Assembly (NCBI GenBank): GCA_963734495.1
Contig: CAVTHK010000001.1
Coordinates: 96,001-160,000, forward strand
Source of the DNA: an uncultured Spirochaetota bacterium
Lineage (GTDB): Bacteria > Spirochaetota > Spirochaetia > SZUA-6 > CAVTHK01
Reading direction: 5' to 3'
Length of the DNA: 64,000 nucleotides
Of the stretch, positions 9,648 to 20,339 are shown piece by piece. The translations under genes and the position numbers were made by a program. Below the pieces are notes generated by a model. The model made no database searches. It was not told the origin of the DNA and saw only the letters and a program-made list of their open reading frames with translations. Position 1 is the stretch's first letter. Every line of letters begins with the position of its first letter.

Positions 9648-10829
9648 CTACCAGCGAAGCTTGTGGATCGGGCTCGTCCCCCACTCGTTCGGCTTGTCGC
9701 TAACCTCCCGGTCGATGTCGGCGCGGTGGAACACCTCGGGGCGCAGCTCGGTGCCGAGGCCGGGCCCTTCGGGCAGCTCCATGTAGCCGTCCTTGACCAC
9801 GACGTTCTTGGTCACCAGCTCCGAGTAGAACGTCAGGTAGAAGGCGCGTATGCTCTCCATGATCATGAGGTTGGGGATGTTCGCGCAGACATGGGCGGTC
9901 GCGAAGAAGCATCCCGGCCCTCCGCAGTTGTGCGGCGCGATCGGCAGACTGTGGGTTTCGGCCATGGTCGCGATCTTTTTCGTTTCGCTCACGCCGCCCA
10001 CCCAGCAGATGTCCGGCATGATGATGTGGGCCGCGCGCGCGTCGATGAGCTTCTTGAACTGCCAGCGGGTAAAGAGCCTCTCGCTTTCGCAGATCGGCAC
10101 CCTGATCGAGGCGACCAGCCGCGACAGCCCTTCCACGTCGTCCGCCATCATGGGCTCTTCCCAGAACATCAGGTTGAAGCGCTCCAGCTCCTTGCCGATG
10201 CGGATCGCGGTGGGAAGGTCCCAGTTGGCGGCGCAGTCGATGGCGATCTCCATCGAGTCGCCGACCGCGTCGCGGATGGCCTGCAGGGGCTTGAGTCCGG
10301 CGGCGAGGTTCTCCGGGCTGATGTAGTGCCCCCTGGTCTCCTGGGCGAACGTCAGGAACGGGTTGACCTTCATGGCTTTCAGGCCGGTGCTCTTGAGGAG
10401 CTTCGCGAGCTCGCCCGGCTGTTTCACCTTCATCTCGCCATCCTTGATGTTGCCCCAGGAATCGCAGCTGTTGTAGAGGGGAATCCTGTCCCTGCACTTC
10501 CCGCCGAGCAGCCGGTAGATGGGCTGGCCCATGTACTTGCCGAGGATGTCCCACAGCGCGATGTCGATCGCGGAGATGGCCCTGATTTCCGCCCCGCCGA
10601 AGCCGTGCATGTTCGCCCACTGGAACATCGCGTACCAGATCGACTCGATGTCGCGGGGGTCGCGGCCGATCAGCACCTGCGAGAAGGCCTCGTGCACCGC
10701 GGCCTTGGCCGGACCGACCTTGTCGTAGGTCTCGCCCAGGCCGACGATGCCTTCGTCGGTGTGAATGAGCACCCACAGCAGCCTCATGTACTCCTTGACG
10801 CGTACCGTCTCGACCTTGGTGATCTTCAT
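9648..10829 (-). CDS. Mandelate racemase/muconate lactonising (enolase superfamily) enzyme, probable acid-sugar dehydratase
   Basis: TDEGIVGLGE, AISAIDIALWDILGK, LLGG, FWEEP, ESERL, APHNC, LPEGPGLG. Confidence 0.88.
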   Translation of the reverse strand: MKITKVETVRVKEYMRLLWVLIHTDEGIVGLGETYDKVGPAKAAVHEAFSQVLIGRDPRDIESIWYAMFQWANMHGFGGAEIRAISAIDIALWDILGKYMGQPIYRLLGGKCRDRIPLYNSCDSWGNIKDGEMKVKQPGELAKLLKSTGLKAMKVNPFLTFAQETRGHYISPENLAAGLKPLQAIRDAVGDSMEIAIDCAANWDLPTAIRIGKELERFNLMFWEEPMMADDVEGLSRLVASIRVPICESERLFTRWQFKKLIDARAAHIIMPDICWVGGVSETKKIATMAETHSLPIAPHNCGGPGCFFATAHVCANIPNLMIMESIRAFYLTFYSELVTKNVVVKDGYMELPEGPGLGTELRPEVFHRADIDREVSDKPNEWGTSPIHKLRW

Positions 10830-10898
10830 GGTTGTCCCTCTCCTCGCATGTGTTCGCGGCCGCGGTTGAGCTCAGCCGACGTGCCCCTGTATGAGCCC

Positions 10899-11363
10899 CT
10901 ATTTGACCGTGACGATCATCTCGACTTCGACAGCCTGGTTGTTGGGAAGCACCGAAGTGCCGATCGCGGACCTGGCGTGTCTGCCGTTCTCGCCGAAGAC
11001 TTCGACCATGAGGTCCGTCAGTCCGTGCATGACCGCGGGCTGCTGGGTGAAGTCGGGAGCGCTGTTGACGAACCCCAGCACCTTGACCACTCGATCGACC
11101 TTGTCGAGAGTGCCGAAATGCTCCTTGAGCGTCGCGAGAAGCTGCAGCCCGCACTGCCTGGCGGCCTCGTAGCCCTGCTCGACGGTGAGCGACGCGCCGA
11201 CCTTGCCCCGGTGTATCGGCTCGCCGTCTTCCTTTTCGCACCCGTGTCCCGAGAGGAACACGAGGTTTCCGACCTGCTGGAGCGACAGGATCTTCTTGCC
11301 GCCCGCCTTCTTTACCGGCAGCCTGATCCCGAGCGATTCCAGTCGTTCCTCGATCTTTCCCAC
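10899..11363 (-). CDS. RidA/YjgF (Rid) family protein
   Basis: GNLVFLSG, GKVG, VKVLGFVNS, HARSAIG, LP-NQAVEVE. Confidence 0.88.
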   Translation of the reverse strand: MGKIEERLESLGIRLPVKKAGGKKILSLQQVGNLVFLSGHGCEKEDGEPIHRGKVGASLTVEQGYEAARQCGLQLLATLKEHFGTLDKVDRVVKVLGFVNSAPDFTQQPAVMHGLTDLMVEVFGENGRHARSAIGTSVLPNNQAVEVEMIVTVK

Positions 11364-11372
11364 TGTCCCCTC

Positions 11373-11989
11373 CTATGACGAGATCACGGCGCGGACGTAG
11401 CTCGCGATGTTGCTCACCGCCCAGTAAGGGTCGGCCTTTCCGTGCCACTCGATCATGAGGTAGCCCCGGTACCCGGCATCGCGGTAGATCCGCAGCAGGC
11501 GCCCCATGTCCACGTGCAACTCGCGGCCGGCGTCGTCGATCTCGAAGAATTGAAGATGAAGGTATGGTGCCCGGTCGACCAGCGCTCGCGCCGCGTCGTA
11601 GACGATCTCGCCTCCCACGAACTTGGCGCAGTTGTAAGGGTCCGGGCACAACCGGCACCGTTCGTGCCCGACATCGTCGATGAGGGACACCAGCTCAGCC
11701 GGCGCGAAGCAGACGTCGCTGTGATTCTCGACGACGATGGTCACGCCGCATGCCTGGGCGGTTTCCGCGCACGCGAGGAGAGCTTCCCTGACCCACTCCC
11801 GCTGGGCTGCGGCATCCACCCGCGAGTCCCGGTCACCGGTGAACAGCTTGACGAACGGAACTCCCGTAAAGCCGGCGATCCGCGTCCACGCGCGGACCGT
11901 GTCGATCTCCGCCCTGCGCACGGCCGCCGCAGCCCTCCACGCAGCGACCACCCGCACAGGAGCACGGGGTTCGCCGCATTCTGCGTCAC
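11373..11989 (-). pseudogene. Sugar phosphate isomerase/epimerase (xylose-isomerase-like TIM barrel) with an internal deletion and frameshift near 11930
   Basis: N-terminus MTQNAANPVLLCGWSLRGGL (GTG at 11989) is in one frame. It jumps to another frame carrying VVENH, DPYN, YLHLQ and GYRGYLMIEW. About 205 codons in total, shorter than typical for the family. Confidence 0.65.
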
Positions 11990-12167
11990 GTCGTACCGGC
12001 GCACCTCGAGGCCTGATGCGTTCGAGCGAGGTCGTCCATTGAATTGTCCCGCCATGGAGTACTCGCTGAACCCTTCGGCATAGAAGCACAGATGAGTCTT
12101 CGGTCGTTGGCGGCGGACACTTTCGGCAGCGGCAGACGCAGCACGAGCAGCCCAAGATACGCGCCTC

Positions 12168-14019
12168 TCACATGGCGACTTGCCTGTCGCTCCCTCGCGC
12201 GGCCAGGAAGCCTTCTCTGTATGTCTTGGGACCGATGCCGTGGTAGCGTCGAAAGGCTTTCCGGAACGTGTCGCCGCTGGCGCCACCGTTCGCGGTCTCC
12301 GCAGCGGAGGGCGGTGATCAAGGCGTTCTCTACATGAATGGGGTAGTAGTAGTTCTCTTCGCGGCGCTCTGCGCTGACCGACGTGGATCTGGGCCCGGAG
12401 CCACGAGTCGGCTCGGCCTCCAACTGCCGCTGCGCTTCAAAGAAAGACCGGCAGACCTCCAGCAAAGACTGTGTCATCCCGCCGCGGAAGCACTCGACCC
12501 GCACTCCGAATCTGCCCTTGAGCGAGGAGGCGAGCTGTTCGCACCATCGGTTGAGCGTATCCTCGAACTCACTGCGATCCGCCGAGGGCGAGCTCACGAG
12601 GAGTGTCACCGAGTCGAAGGCGGTGTCGACGCAATGCACCGCGCTCCCCGCGATCTCCCCGGCTGTCTGCCTGACCAGGATGCGGCAGGTCGTCAGCTCC
12701 GTCAGTGTTTCGCCCGAGATGAGAGACCCGAAGCCCATCACGCGGATCACGACGCAGACGTGAAGTCGCCCCGCAAAGACGAGCCGGGCCTGCCCTGTCA
12801 GATGATGCAGCTCTTTCTCCGTTCCGACATCGCCGATCAGCAGGCGGTCGAGCAGGGCGGCCCGGACAAGCGGAAGCTCGACCGTTCGAACCGCAAGAAG
12901 CCTCCTGTCCCGCTCCACCAGTCCGGATATGCTCCGTCCGAGGTCATCGACAGTCAATCCGGGATCCGCTCGGTCCGCCCCTTGCGCCACCGCAGCGGAT
13001 AACCCGGCAATCGCGTCCCGCAGGGGCCGGCTCGCTCGATACACGACCGAATACGCCAGGACTGTGCCGATCGCGACCGCAATGAACACCGAAGCGGCCG
13101 CTACGGACTTGACGCCGCTCAGTCGCGCCATCAGATACTTCTTCGGTACGCCGACGAGGTAGGACCAGTCACTCTGCCCGGAACGGGTAAAGGCGACGGA
13201 ATACATCTCGGAGCCTATACACATTTCCTGGCGTTGGCGCTCGGAGAGCGTACGTATCAGAGATGCCGCATTCGCAGGGGGGTCGCCCGCGGTCACGATC
13301 GTGCGGCCGGCCCCGTCCAGAGCCGCCGCCCACCCCGTTGCGCCGAGCTTGAGCCGGGCGAGCAGGCGAGCGATCGCCTCCTCTCGGAGGTAAAAGACAA
13401 CGGTGGCCGCAGGAGCGCTCGCCGTTCCAAGAGGCAACGATTGAAAATAGGCCACGGTCCGAAGCGGCTTGCCGTTGAGAGTGACCTGCACATGCGCAAG
13501 GATTTCCCTGTTGTGCGTCCCGCGCATGAGGAGCCGGTACCACTCCTCGAACGAAAGCCCGACATGAGCCAGGGTTGAGCCGTAAAACAGAGGCAGCCGG
13601 AACGAAACGAGGTCGGGCGACATGATCACATCGCTTCGCCAGAAGTAGACGTAGTAGTCCGCGACGAGATTGTTCGCTACCTGGTATCGAGGCAAGCCAC
13701 GCCAGACCTGTCGCATCAGGGCGTAGTTGTCCTTCTCAAGAGGATCGGACACAGAGAGGAATCTTGTGACCAGAGGGTTCCAGGCGAGCGCGTTCGTCAT
13801 CTGTTCGACCGAAAGGATACCCTGATCGATGATCTCGCTCGTGTGATCGAGGATCGCGGTGTTAGTGTCTTCTATGGAAGAGCGGACGGCCCTGAAGGCG
13901 CTCGCGTAGGCGAAGATCCCCGCGAGACACGGTAGACCCAGCACCAGGACATAAGCGATGACGAGCCCGTGGCGAAGCTTCCCGGCGAATCTGAGTGAGA
14001 CCCGTGATAACGTTCCCAT
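12168..14019 (-). pseudogene. Membrane-anchored AraC-family regulator (YesS/YtdP-like) with most of the C-terminal region and HTH deleted
   Basis: Two TM segments, an extracytoplasmic domain and YYYPIHVENALITALRCGD. A second frame then reads ASGDTFRKAFRRYHGIGPKTYRE...* (stop 12168-12170), the last AraC helix only. Confidence 0.75.
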
Positions 14020-14031
14020 AGTTTGCGAACG

Positions 14032-15462
14032 TCACTCCAGCGCGCAGGCCACCCCCTGACCTGACAGCGCATTTCGCAGGTCCCGAACCTGAATCTGCCG
14101 CGGACCGTCGCCTCTGCGGGCGGTCAGCGCGGCTGCTACCCCGGCTACCTGCCCCGTGAGAGTACACACCAGGATCGGTCGCGTAAAGCCATCGAGCTCG
14201 TGCGTGACGGAGATCGGCCTGCCCGCCACCAGAATGCCCTCCAAGTCCTGCGGAAGCCAGACCCGGTAGGGAATGTTCATGACTCCGGCCTCGTGCCTCA
14301 TGCTGGCAGGATTTCTCTCCGCGACATCCGCCTCGGAACCCTCCTGCCCGTCCGCGCTGTGGAACTCTACCTCGCCCGCCCGGTACACCGGGAGCCTGAC
14401 AGGAAAACTGAGCACCACGTCTGGAAACGTCGTCTGGGAGCGGACTTCGTCTCTGTTGAGCACGTGATCGCCGATGATGTGGCGCGTCTCACGCACGCCC
14501 ATGTTGGACGCGCTCTGCTCCAGATAGCATCTCTCGCATCCAGGAACGTCCTTTTTCAGAAACGCCACCAGCCGCCTAGCCTGTCGCCTCGCCTCCAGCT
14601 CTCCGCGGGTCAGGTCCACTGTGTCCGTGCCGTCTACATCGTAGACCCTAACCGTGTTGATGAGCGCCGTGCCGCGCTGGATCCAGCAGTCTTCGAGTCT
14701 CAGATAGAAGCAGTTGCGATCGATCTCCCCCCGCTCGCGAGCCTGGCTCACAAGGTCGTAGAATCCGCTGATCCGAGTGAGTACCGAACGATCGCCGGCG
14801 TAGCTGTCCCGCCACTGCGGCTGGATCTGGTCCGGATGAGCCGCAGCGTAAGCCAGCAGCCTGTCGAATGCGATCCCGCCTATCTTGAAGATCAACGTGA
14901 CGGGTCGCATCTTCCGATCTTCCTGCCTCCCCTTCGTGGACGCCCCGCCAGATCTGCTGATGACGTCGGCGTCACCGGTGGCATCGACGATTGCCTTGCC
15001 GAGTATGACGCGGCGCCCGGTCTTGTTTTCGACCGCAATCCCGACGACCCTGTTTGACTCGAGCACAGGCTGCGAGGCCACTGTGTACAGCAGCAGCTGG
15101 ACTCCGGCTTCCACGGCCATCTCCAGCGCTACGTCCTTGAGCACCTCGATGTCCACCGCCACAACATCGGGTTTGCCGTCCCAGACGCCTCCGCCTCCGG
15201 CGGCCAGTATTCGCCGAACCATCTCTCTGCCGACACCGGAGGTCCTAGCGTGCCCATACAGCGCGCCCATCATTCCCGCCGTGGCTGTGCCACCGAGGAA
15301 ACTGTTGCGTTCCAGCAGAATCGTGCGAGCACCACACCTGGCGGCCGCAATGGCCGCACCGATCCCCGCGGGCCCGCCGCCGACGCACACGACGTCAGCA
15401 CGTTCCGTCACTGCAGCGGCAGGAACGTCCGAAAGCCGCAGAGAGTCCAGCACTTCGTTCAC
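14032..15462 (-). CDS. FAD-dependent oxidoreductase (PF12831-type)
   Basis: DVVCVGGGPAG, LGGTATAG, VENKTGR, DATGDAD, GVRETR, IPYR, AGR. AAAGGAG RBS before GTG at 15462. Confidence 0.85.
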   Translation of the reverse strand: MNEVLDSLRLSDVPAAAVTERADVVCVGGGPAGIGAAIAAARCGARTILLERNSFLGGTATAGMMGALYGHARTSGVGREMVRRILAAGGGGVWDGKPDVVAVDIEVLKDVALEMAVEAGVQLLLYTVASQPVLESNRVVGIAVENKTGRRVILGKAIVDATGDADVISRSGGASTKGRQEDRKMRPVTLIFKIGGIAFDRLLAYAAAHPDQIQPQWRDSYAGDRSVLTRISGFYDLVSQARERGEIDRNCFYLRLEDCWIQRGTALINTVRVYDVDGTDTVDLTRGELEARRQARRLVAFLKKDVPGCERCYLEQSASNMGVRETRHIIGDHVLNRDEVRSQTTFPDVVLSFPVRLPVYRAGEVEFHSADGQEGSEADVAERNPASMRHEAGVMNIPYRVWLPQDLEGILVAGRPISVTHELDGFTRPILVCTLTGQVAGVAAALTARRGDGPRQIQVRDLRNALSGQGVACALE

Positions 15463-15538
15463 CCGGAGGCTCCTTTGTTCAAAGCGGGCCGGCGCCTGGA
15501 CCTCCACGCCGCCGGCCCTCGCAGACTCGTAGGGGCGC

Positions 15539-17214
15539 CTATTGCCCGCGGCGGTCCTTGCTGTACTGGGAATCGTAGGCCTTCTGACAGATATCGAGGT
15601 ACCGCTTGAGGTCCATCGCCTCGAGCTCCTTGACGTAGCCAGCCCAATCACTCACAAAGTTCAGCTCGCCCGTTATGAAGCGAGCCGTGCTCTCCTTGAC
15701 ATAACCATTGATTGTGGTCTTGAGCTGTGCGACCTCGGCTGCCGTGTCCCGCTTCATGTAGACCGGGGGATACACGTCGGCTATGTCCGGATGGATGCCA
15801 ATATCGTACTTGGTTTCGGTTTCCCACGTATTGCGAGTCTGGCTGGCTTCGGGAGCGAACATGTCCGGCGCCTTGACCAAGCCCTGCTTCAGATCAATGG
15901 GTCGATGGAGCGGCCCGAGCTGCGCCCAATGGTGGTTCTGGATCTGGCCCCACACCTTCAGATCGAGCCAGACGGCTGGTTTGTTGTTCAGCCCGATCTC
16001 TCCAGGCTTGCCCCACCGCCAGTCTTCGCCGAGGATGCCGTAGGTGGACCTCAGGGTCGCCTCGGGGTTGTAGAGGTGATCGGCGTACTTGAACGCGACG
16101 AGGGGCGACTTGCAGTTGCTGGTGATCACGTAGGCACCGGTTTCCACTCCGTAAGGGTAGTAAGTCTCGGTGCGGAACCCGTTAGGTCCGGAAAGGGGCG
16201 ACACCGAGGTGTAGATCTTGTACCGGCCGCTCGGCCCGCCGTTCCTCGTGAGCACGCCGAACCAGAGGGCGATCGCCCCCCCTAGTACAGGGTCGCCGGG
16301 CTTTTCGCCAAGCGACATGAGCTGTACGTCGGTCTGCGTAAAGGCGGCCGGATCGATCAGGCCTTCCTTGTACAACCGGGCGAGGTATTCGAGCCCCGCC
16401 TTCCACTCGGGTTTGTTGGCGGCGAAATCCAGCTTGCCCTGCTTGAGCAAAAAGTAGTTCTCGTCATCGTAGTAGATGAAGGCGTTCATGAAGAACGAAG
16501 GGAACGCAGTCTTTGATCCTTTGATCGCTCCACTCAGAGGAACCTCGTCCCGCTTGCCGTTCCCGTTGGGATCGCGGTCCTTGAAGGCCTTGAGCACGGT
16601 ATACATCTCTTCCGTGGTCGCGGGGGCCTTGAGGTCGAGCTTCTTGAGCCACTGCGAGTTGATCCACATCTTCTGCCCATAGAGGCAGTGGTAGCATCCG
16701 TTCGTACTCGGCAGGCTGTAGATGTTGCCGTCCGGAGTCGTGATCATGCGACGAAGGAAGTCACGGTAGAACGGCCCTTCGAACGCCTTCTTGAACTCGA
16801 CGCCGTGTGCGTCGATCATCTTGTTCAGCGACTGGAAAGCCCGGCAGGCCCGTACTGCATCTCTTCCTCGCGCGTCGTTTGCGCAGAGAACAGGACATCG
16901 GGGTAAGTGCCGCTGGCAAGGACCAGCGTCCTCTTCTCTGCGATCGCCGAGAGGGGCACCGTTTCCCACTCGACGTGTACGTTGGTCAGATCCTCCATGT
17001 ACTTGGTCATGGCATTCGTCGCCATGTCCTCGACAAACGGATGCTGAGGGGCAAAGAACTTGAGCGTCACCTTTTCTTTCGTGATAGGAAACTGCCCTGG
17101 CTCCGAGACCCCCACTGCAGCCGTGCCTGCAGTCTCGGATCCGCCGGCCGCGAAAACCGACACCGACAGTGCCGCCAGCAGCAACACGATCATGCCATAC
17201 ACCGTTCTCGTCAC
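15539..17214 (-). CDS. LplA-like extracellular solute-binding protein (1-bp frameshift near 16837, probably sequencing error)
   Basis: Signal peptide plus FAAGGSE, LASGTYPD, TPDGNIYSLP, AFKDRDPNGNGKRDEVP, FITGE. Adding one T in a T-run restores the frame. Confidence 0.8.
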
Positions 17215-17312
17215 CGATGACCTCCTTGGTTTTCGATTGCCTACGCAGTGCGCCGTTGACGCAGTCCCGTCACGACATGCGCCCACCTCCCTCCTATCCT
17301 TTGATCGCTCCG

Positions 17313-18377
17313 TTACAGCCCGGTGCCCGCGTCGCGCTCGCGGCTCCACGGCATCACGAGCCGCTCGATGAGCTTGAGGCCGGCGGTCAGCGCGACGCCG
17401 AGGATCATCACCACCACGAGGCCGGCATACATCTTGTCCGGGGCCAGGATCTCCCAGTAGTAGAAGGTGAGGAAGCCGACGCCGGTCTTGGCGCGCACGA
17501 ACTCGATCGCGATGATCACGATCAGCGCGGTGCCCAGGGCGAGGCGCAGGCCCGCGAAGATCACGGGCATGGCGCCGGGAACGATCACGTGGCGGAACAT
17601 CTGCCAGCGATTGGCGCCGTAGTTGCGGCCGGCTTCGATGTAGACGGGGTCTATGTCGCGCACGCCTACCATCGTGTTGATGGCCACAAGAAAGAAGGCC
17701 GAGATCGCGACCACGGCGATCTTGGGCCCCTCGCCGAACGGGTTGGGGAACACGAGCATCATGATGGGAAAGATCGCGATCTTGGGCAGCACGTAGAAGG
17801 CGGACAGCGTCGCGTCGATCATCGTGCGCACGGTGCGGCTCACCCCCATCACGACGCCGAGCACGATCCCCGGGGCGGCGCCGATGAGGAAGCCGAGGAA
17901 CACGCGCTCCAGCGTCGCGAGCAGGTGGCTCTCGGCGGCCAGCGCGGCGGCCCCCGCGACGCCGTCGGTCGCCAGACGCTGCGGGATCAGCCACGGCCGG
18001 CCCAGCAGCGACGTCTTGTTGAATTCGTCGTACTTCGTCGCCAGTTCCCAGAGCGCGGAGGCGATGCGCGTCGGCGGCGGGAACCAGTCGGGGCTGAGGA
18101 TTCCCGGCGCGCACGACGAGCTCCCAGCCGAGCAGGAGCAGCAGCGGGAAACCCGACGGCGAGCGAGCGCGAGTACAGCGACGACCACCGAGCCGGCACG
18201 AGAGACGCGCCGGTCTCGGCGAGCGGCACGAGCAGAGCGAAGTCCACGAGCGCCGCGGCCCACCAGACGGGCCGCCACAGCCCGGCAAGAGTCACGACGA
18301 TGTTGAAGGCTGCCAGCACGCCGGCCCAGACGAGGAGGCGGCCGGCGCCTGCCGCGTTCGCGGCCTTCGACCTTCAT
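17313..18377 (-). CDS. NitT/TauT-family ABC permease (several frameshifts in the 5' part)
   Basis: WELVV..ILSPDWFPPPT, LPKIAIFP, EAGRNYGA (EAA loop), GLRLALG, GVGF. Confidence 0.75.
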   Translation of the reverse strand: MKVEGRERGRRRPPPRLGRRAGSLQHRRDSCRAVAARLVGRGARGLRSARAARRDRRVSRAGSVVVAVLALARRRVSRCCSCSAGSSSCAPGILSPDWFPPPTRIASALWELATKYDEFNKTSLLGRPWLIPQRLATDGVAGAAALAAESHLLATLERVFLGFLIGAAPGIVLGVVMGVSRTVRTMIDATLSAFYVLPKIAIFPIMMLVFPNPFGEGPKIAVVAISAFFLVAINTMVGVRDIDPVYIEAGRNYGANRWQMFRHVIVPGAMPVIFAGLRLALGTALIVIIAIEFVRAKTGVGFLTFYYWEILAPDKMYAGLVVVMILGVALTAGLKLIERLVMPWSRERDAGTGL

Positions 18378-19189
18378 CCCTGCTCCTCCATCGAGCGCTG
18401 GACCTCGTCGCGGAGAGACTCCCAGATCGCGTACGCGAGCCGGCCGAACTGCGGCTCGGCCGTAGTGGCCATGCTGCGCGGCCGGGGGAGCGGCACGTCA
18501 AAGGACGCCTTGTTCGTGCCCGGGTGCGCGGTCATCAGCACCACGCGGTCGCCGAGGAGGACGGCTTCCTCGATGCTGTGGGTAACATAGAGGACGGTCT
18601 TCCGCTCGTCCTCCCAGAGGCGCAGCAGCTGCTCCTGCAGCACGGTGCGGGTCTGCGCGTCGAGGGCGCCGAGCGGCTCGTCCATCAGCAGGATCTCGGG
18701 GTCCGTGGCGAGCGCGCGGGCGATGCCGACCCGCTGCTTCATGCCGCCGGAGAGCTGGTAGGGGTAAGCCTGGGCGAACTTGCGAAGGCCGACGCGCTCG
18801 ATCCAGGCCATGGCCACGGACGCGCGATCGGCGCGTGAGACCCCGCGCATCTCCAGGCCGAAAGCGACGTTCTCGGCGACCGTCTTCCACGGAAAGACCG
18901 CGTACTCCTGGAACACCATGGCGTTGACCGGGCGGCCGCGGCGGCCGTGGGAGCGCGCGTCGGCGGCGCCGCTCTGCCTGTCGTCGCGCCGGACCTCGAT
19001 GCTCCCCGTGGTCGCGGGCACCAGCCCGGCCACGATGCGCAGGAACGTGGACTTGCCGCACCCTGACGGGCCGACCAGGCAGAGGAACTCGCCGTCGCGG
19101 ACCTCGAGAGAAAAGTCGCGCAGCGCATGGACCACGCCGCGCGAAGTGGCGAAGCTCTTGCAGACTCTCTCGGCCGCTATCTTGGTCAC
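18374..19189 (-). CDS. NitT/TauT-family ABC ATPase
   Basis: GPSGCGKST, VFQEYAVFPWKTV, LSGGMKQR, LMDEPLGALDAQTR, VTHSIEEA. Confidence 0.9.
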   Translation of the reverse strand: MTKIAAERVCKSFATSRGVVHALRDFSLEVRDGEFLCLVGPSGCGKSTFLRIVAGLVPATTGSIEVRRDDRQSGAADARSHGRRGRPVNAMVFQEYAVFPWKTVAENVAFGLEMRGVSRADRASVAMAWIERVGLRKFAQAYPYQLSGGMKQRVGIARALATDPEILLMDEPLGALDAQTRTVLQEQLLRLWEDERKTVLYVTHSIEEAVLLGDRVVLMTAHPGTNKASFDVPLPRPRSMATTAEPQFGRLAYAIWESLRDEVQRSMEEQG

Positions 19190-20217
19190 TACTTGCGGCC
19201 GAGAACGGAGAGCGCCCAGTCGACCAGCGACGTGTCCGTTACCGTCTTCGGATCGAAGGGCTGAGAGTACTCGGTGCGGCCGTTCTCACGGTGCACGCGC
19301 TCGACGTCACGCAGGCCGTCCAGCGAGATCTCCTGGTTCGGGTCGTAGATCACCGGGTCGCCGGTTCGGATCGACTGCTCGGTCGCGTTGACGTGGGCCA
19401 GGTAGGCCTTCACGTTGTCGGACGAGAGGTAGTCGGCCCCCTGCATCATGCGCGCGGCTTCGGCCAGCGCGAGCACGAAGCGTTTGGCGACTTCCGGCCT
19501 CTCCTTGAGCAGCTTGCCCGACGACACGAACGCCACGGTCATCGCGCCGGGGGTGAGGTCCTCGGCGAGGGCGACCGCGTTGCCCGCGGCCAGCGCCTGG
19601 TCGGCGTACGGCGAGCCGAGGATGCCGGCGTCGAGCGACTTGTTCGCGAACGCGATGGGCATGTCCGTGTTGCCGAGGTTGAGCGCCTGCACGTCGCGGA
19701 TCGTGAGCCGGCCGCGCTCGAGCGCCTTGGCCGCGAGGTACTCGCCGCCGCTGCCGGGGCCGCCGGCCATGCCGACCTTCATCCCCTTGAGGTCCGCGAC
19801 AGTCTTGACCTTGCCGGAGTCGACGAGGTCCTTGCGGACGAGCAGCCTGGTGGGGCTGCCCTTCATGGGCTCCAGGCCGCCGGGCGCGATGATGCGCAGG
19901 TCCATGCCCTTGACCCAGGCATTCCAGGTCGAGGCCACGATCGCGATGCCGCCCACGTCGACCTTGCCCTGGGTGAGGAACGCGATCACCTCGGTGCCGG
20001 AGCGCACGCTCTGCACTTCCACGTCCAGCCCGTACTTCGCGAACAGGCCGCGCGAGTCCGCCACGTAGAGCGTGGCGAACTTCATGATGGGCACGTAGGC
20101 GACCACGACCTTCTGCTTCGGGGAAAGCGGCGCCACGGTCTGCGCGGGCAGCTGCGCGGCAAGCGCCGCCAGCAGCAGCGCGACGATCAGAACGCTCACG
20201 CGGACGCGACCTTTCAT
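19189..20217 (-). CDS. NitT/TauT (SsuA/NMT1-like) ABC substrate-binding protein
   Basis: Signal peptide, GLFAKYGLDVE, ADLKGMKVG. Translationally coupled to the ATPase. Confidence 0.85.
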   Translation of the reverse strand: MKGRVRVSVLIVALLLAALAAQLPAQTVAPLSPKQKVVVAYVPIMKFATLYVADSRGLFAKYGLDVEVQSVRSGTEVIAFLTQGKVDVGGIAIVASTWNAWVKGMDLRIIAPGGLEPMKGSPTRLLVRKDLVDSGKVKTVADLKGMKVGMAGGPGSGGEYLAAKALERGRLTIRDVQALNLGNTDMPIAFANKSLDAGILGSPYADQALAAGNAVALAEDLTPGAMTVAFVSSGKLLKERPEVAKRFVLALAEAARMMQGADYLSSDNVKAYLAHVNATEQSIRTGDPVIYDPNQEISLDGLRDVERVHRENGRTEYSQPFDPKTVTDTSLVDWALSVLGRK

Positions 20218-20339
20218 GCTCCTGCCTCCTCGCCGCGCCTTCCCGCGGGCTCCCCCGCTCATCGCGCAGACGGCACGCAACTATAGCGAGGGCGCGCCGC
20301 CGCGAGCAAGAGGCTGGGAGCGGCGGTGAGCGGTGGTAC

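Noticed and set aside
8358..11378. 1006-aa plus-strand ORF and other long antisense ORFs (4537-6105, 6223-8415, 25888-28278, 46667-48820, 51400-53424)
   Set aside because: Shadow frames opposite well-supported genes in high-GC DNA, with no recognisable motifs.
11990..12155. Cys-rich N-terminus MGCSCCVCRCRKC as a metal-binding peptide
   Set aside because: Read-through of intergenic DNA. The isomerase start is better placed at GTG 11989.
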